Below, in pieces: positions 61,312-64,000 of a stretch of 64,000 bases of DNA; the stretch's first letter is position 1, and every line of letters begins with the position of its first letter. The notes beneath the pieces are model-generated. The model was not told where the DNA came from, searched no databases, and saw nothing but the letters and a program-made list of their open reading frames with translations. This DNA is from an uncultured virus (IMG/VR IMGVR_UViG_3300042691_048032) (lineage: Duplodnaviria; Heunggongvirae; Uroviricota; Caudoviricetes): the IMG/VR virus record IMGVR_UViG_3300042691_048032, one strand, 5' to 3'. The translations under genes were made by a program, and so were the position numbers.

Positions 61312-64000
61312 ATGATCCCGAGCGGGGCTGATGCCTCGGTAAGCATCAAGGTCGACGTCGACGACGCTGGGGCGCAGGCACGGATGGCCGCCCTCGAGGC
61401 GAGGATGAAGGCCCTCGAGAAGCAGTCCGAGAGGTCCGGCAAGGCAGCCGGGAGTTACGGGCAGCGCCTCGACGACATGTCCAAGAGATCGTCGAGGGCC
61501 GACAAGTCGAACAAGGACCTGCTCAAGACGGGCGACGCCCTGAGGAAGATGTTCGGCGGCTTGGGCAAGATCGTCAAGTTCGCCACAATCGAGTTCGGGC
61601 TGATGACCGCGGCCCTCGGTGCGATGCAGTTCGCGCTGTGGGCGGGGCAGACGGCGATGAAGGGCTTCCACGCCCTCCTGCGCGCCACGGGTGCCGCGGC
61701 CGGAGTCGCCGTCGGAGCGATAGCGACCGTCCTCGGGGCACTCAGGGAACTTCAGTCGGTCAAGCTCGCACCGATCATGGGTGGAATCGTCGAGTCCAGG
61801 ACGCAGACGAACGCCTTTTTCGCCGACAGGCGGTTCGCCATGTTCGACCAGAAGACGATGGCGGGCATCCTGCAGTCGGCCGCGGAGCAGGGCAGGGTAA
61901 TCGACGCGACATTCCGCAACGAACTGGCCAAGCTCGCCAACTACTCGCTCGGCGACCCCAAGAAGCTCGCCGAGATCCAGAAGACGTTCCAGCAGATGTC
62001 GAAGGACGGCAAGGTCACCGTCAAGACCTACGAGGACCTGAGGGCCGTCTCGCCCGCGCTCGCCAAGGCCTTCGACGAGATGGCGGGGGGGACGAAGAAG
62101 GGCGAGGCAGCGGCGAGGGCAGGCTCTGTCTCGTACCAGAAGTTCTTCGACGCCGTGATGGCGGGGAACCTCGAGGCCCTCAAGCCGTTCCAGGGCGCCT
62201 TGGACAACATCAACTCAACGCTCATCGGGACGCTGAAGGGTGCGTTCGTCGGGGTGAAGGAACAGTTCACCCGCATGGGCGAACCGCTCCTCGCCGGGCT
62301 CAGGAGGCCCATCACGATCCTCGAGCGGGAGATCAGCCTGTTCGTCCTGAAGGTGAACGGGACCGTGCAGAAGGTGTTCCCGACCCTGTTCGACGTCAAA
62401 GACGAGAACAACAACACGATCACGAGGGTATTCGACAGGCTCGCCACCTCCATCAACACCAACATGGGGAAGATCTCGGGCTGGGTCGAGTCGATCAGGG
62501 GCTGGGGCAGGTCGGTCAGCGACTTCTTCGGGAAGCTCGGCAACGGCCTTAGGCACTACTCGCGGGGATGGGACAAACTGTTCGAGGGGATACTCAGGCC
62601 CTTCGGGCAGGAGTTCGTCTCCACCCTCTCGCACCTATTCGACACGTTCAACAAACTGATCGAGGACCAGCCCCTCGGCTCCTTCGAGAGGATGATCAGG
62701 GCCGTCGGGGAGGCCGTCCGCAACCTGATCACCGGGTTCGGGCAGCTCAAGGCGGCCATTGCGCCCGTTTTCGCCGCCTTCTCCAACATTCTCGGCGTGC
62801 TGGCAAAGCTCACCTCGCTGCCGGGCATCCAGTTCCTGATCCCCATGCTTCTCATGGGTAGGTTCATGCGGGGCAGGGCCGGCGGTGGCGGGGGCATGGG
62901 TGCTGTTGGTGCTGCGGCGGGGGCGTCGATGTTCGCCTCGGCCACCCCGGGCATGGGGTTGCTCGGCATGGCGGCGATGCCGCTGATGATGGGTATGAGC
63001 GGCTTCGGCACCAGGACGAGGTACGGGGCGGCCAGTGCCGGCAACTACGCGGCCAACCGTGCCGCTGGAGCGGGGAGGATCCCCTCCGCGCTGTTCTCCA
63101 GCCCCCTCGGTTTCGGATTCGCCAGCAACAGGCGCGACGGCATGGGTCGCGGTGTTTCGGCAATGTTGGCCGGCTCCGCCGCCAGGGGCGCGATGGCGCA
63201 GGGCTTCGTCGATCGGAGGGGTCGCACGATCACCGGTTCCGTCGCCGCCACCCAGCAGGCGAGGATCGACGCGCTGATGGCAAACCGGGCGCAGATGCAG
63301 AGCATCCTCGGCCAGACCGGGGCCGGGGACGACATCAGGAAGTACATGAGGAACCAGGGCTACGACTTCGTGGCCGGGGATCCCAACGCGAGGAAGGGCT
63401 CGATCACCGCGGGCGACCATTACGTGAACAGGAACGACCCCACCGCCGGCCCCATGACCGCGGCCCAGGCCAAGGCTCTGCAGTCGCAGGAGGCGAAGGA
63501 CGCCATCGCGGCTCGGAGGAGGTACAACGCCGAGCAGATAAAGCAGGGCAGGCAACAGGCCATCCAGACGGGAAAGATCCAGGGCAGGGAGGCGGGCAGG
63601 GCGTTCGTAAGGGACTCCGCCGCCAGGTTCGGCAAGGCGGCCGGCATGGTCGGTGCGACGGTCGGACTGACGATGATCGGCGGCATGCTCTCGCAAAGCG
63701 CCGGGACCAACACGGCGAAGGCCGGTCTCGGCGGGGCCATGTCCGGCATAGGAATGGGCGTGGGGATGGGCGCGGCGTTCGGCCCCGCCGGCATGGCGGC
63801 CGGCGCCCTGATCGGCGGGGCCATCGGCCTGTTCACGGGGATGGGCAACGCGAGGCAACAACGGGAGGCGGAGAAGCGCCAGGCGCGGGAGTTCGTGAAC
63901 GAGACCGTGTTCGGTGGCAAGACGTTCAACAGGTCGGAGGACTTCAGGCAAGCGCGCGCAGACGCGGCGAAACTGCAGCTCGACATCATGAAGCTCGGCG
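61312..64000 (+). CDS. tape measure protein, N-terminal part (runs off the window edge)
   Basis: AGGAGGTG RBS (alternative TTG start at 61306); long A/G-rich helical ORF MIPSGADASVSIKVDVDD... after the chaperone. Confidence 0.85.
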   Translation, partial: MIPSGADASVSIKVDVDDAGAQARMAALEARMKALEKQSERSGKAAGSYGQRLDDMSKRSSRADKSNKDLLKTGDALRKMFGGLGKIVKFATIEFGLMTAALGAMQFALWAGQTAMKGFHALLRATGAAAGVAVGAIATVLGALRELQSVKLAPIMGGIVESRTQTNAFFADRRFAMFDQKTMAGILQSAAEQGRVIDATFRNELAKLANYSLGDPKKLAEIQKTFQQMSKDGKVTVKTYEDLRAVSPALAKAFDEMAGGTKKGEAAARAGSVSYQKFFDAVMAGNLEALKPFQGALDNINSTLIGTLKGAFVGVKEQFTRMGEPLLAGLRRPITILEREISLFVLKVNGTVQKVFPTLFDVKDENNNTITRVFDRLATSINTNMGKISGWVESIRGWGRSVSDFFGKLGNGLRHYSRGWDKLFEGILRPFGQEFVSTLSHLFDTFNKLIEDQPLGSFERMIRAVGEAVRNLITGFGQLKAAIAPVFAAFSNILGVLAKLTSLPGIQFLIPMLLMGRFMRGRAGGGGGMGAVGAAAGASMFASATPGMGLLGMAAMPLMMGMSGFGTRTRYGAASAGNYAANRAAGAGRIPSALFSSPLGFGFASNRRDGMGRGVSAMLAGSAARGAMAQGFVDRRGRTITGSVAATQQARIDALMANRAQMQSILGQTGAGDDIRKYMRNQGYDFVAGDPNARKGSITAGDHYVNRNDPTAGPMTAAQAKALQSQEAKDAIAARRRYNAEQIKQGRQQAIQTGKIQGREAGRAFVRDSAARFGKAAGMVGATVGLTMIGGMLSQSAGTNTAKAGLGGAMSGIGMGVGMGAAFGPAGMAAGALIGGAIGLFTGMGNARQQREAEKRQAREFVNETVFGGKTFNRSEDFRQARADAAKLQLDIMKLG

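Noticed and set aside
1..64000. CRISPR array, integrase/att site, transposase, rRNA, reverse transcriptase/DGR
   Set aside because: No repeat-spacer array, recombinase or RT motifs, or near-identical TR/VR pair was seen by eye; a self-alignment would be needed to exclude subtle repeats.

Overview
This window is a 64-kb segment of a large, high-GC tailed phage. It is a myovirus with an HK97-fold head and a contractile tail. The host is almost certainly an actinobacterium, given WhiB, TTGAC-17/18-TAnnnT promoters and many leaderless genes. Layout: 1-12 kb holds small accessory and early genes (PAPS-reductase-like protein, SSB, protein phosphatase, WhiB, tRNA-Arg(CCU), gp88-like protein, two secreted lytic transglycosylases). 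12.4-37 kb is a head module in which about 21 kb of large multidomain effector-like genes and small partner genes sit between the prohead protease and the major capsid protein. 37-56 kb holds a class II RNR, a C5 DNA methyltransferase locus, portal-MuF, terminase, recombination genes and a ParB/PAPS-reductase module. 56-64 kb holds neck, sheath, tube, chaperone and the start of the tape measure gene. The strongest candidates for novelty are (1) a C5 methyltransferase split over four translationally coupled genes carrying about 21 TL-type target-recognition modules, plus an overprinted alternate-frame subunit; (2) the head-associated cluster of kinase, pseudokinase, zeta-toxin, ART-like, glycosylase-like and SAM-lyase-like proteins that share short motifs; and (3) a structured ~190-nt leader RNA upstream of the lytic transglycosylases. 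All family calls come from motif recognition by eye; no searches were run, and DUF numbers are recalled from memory.
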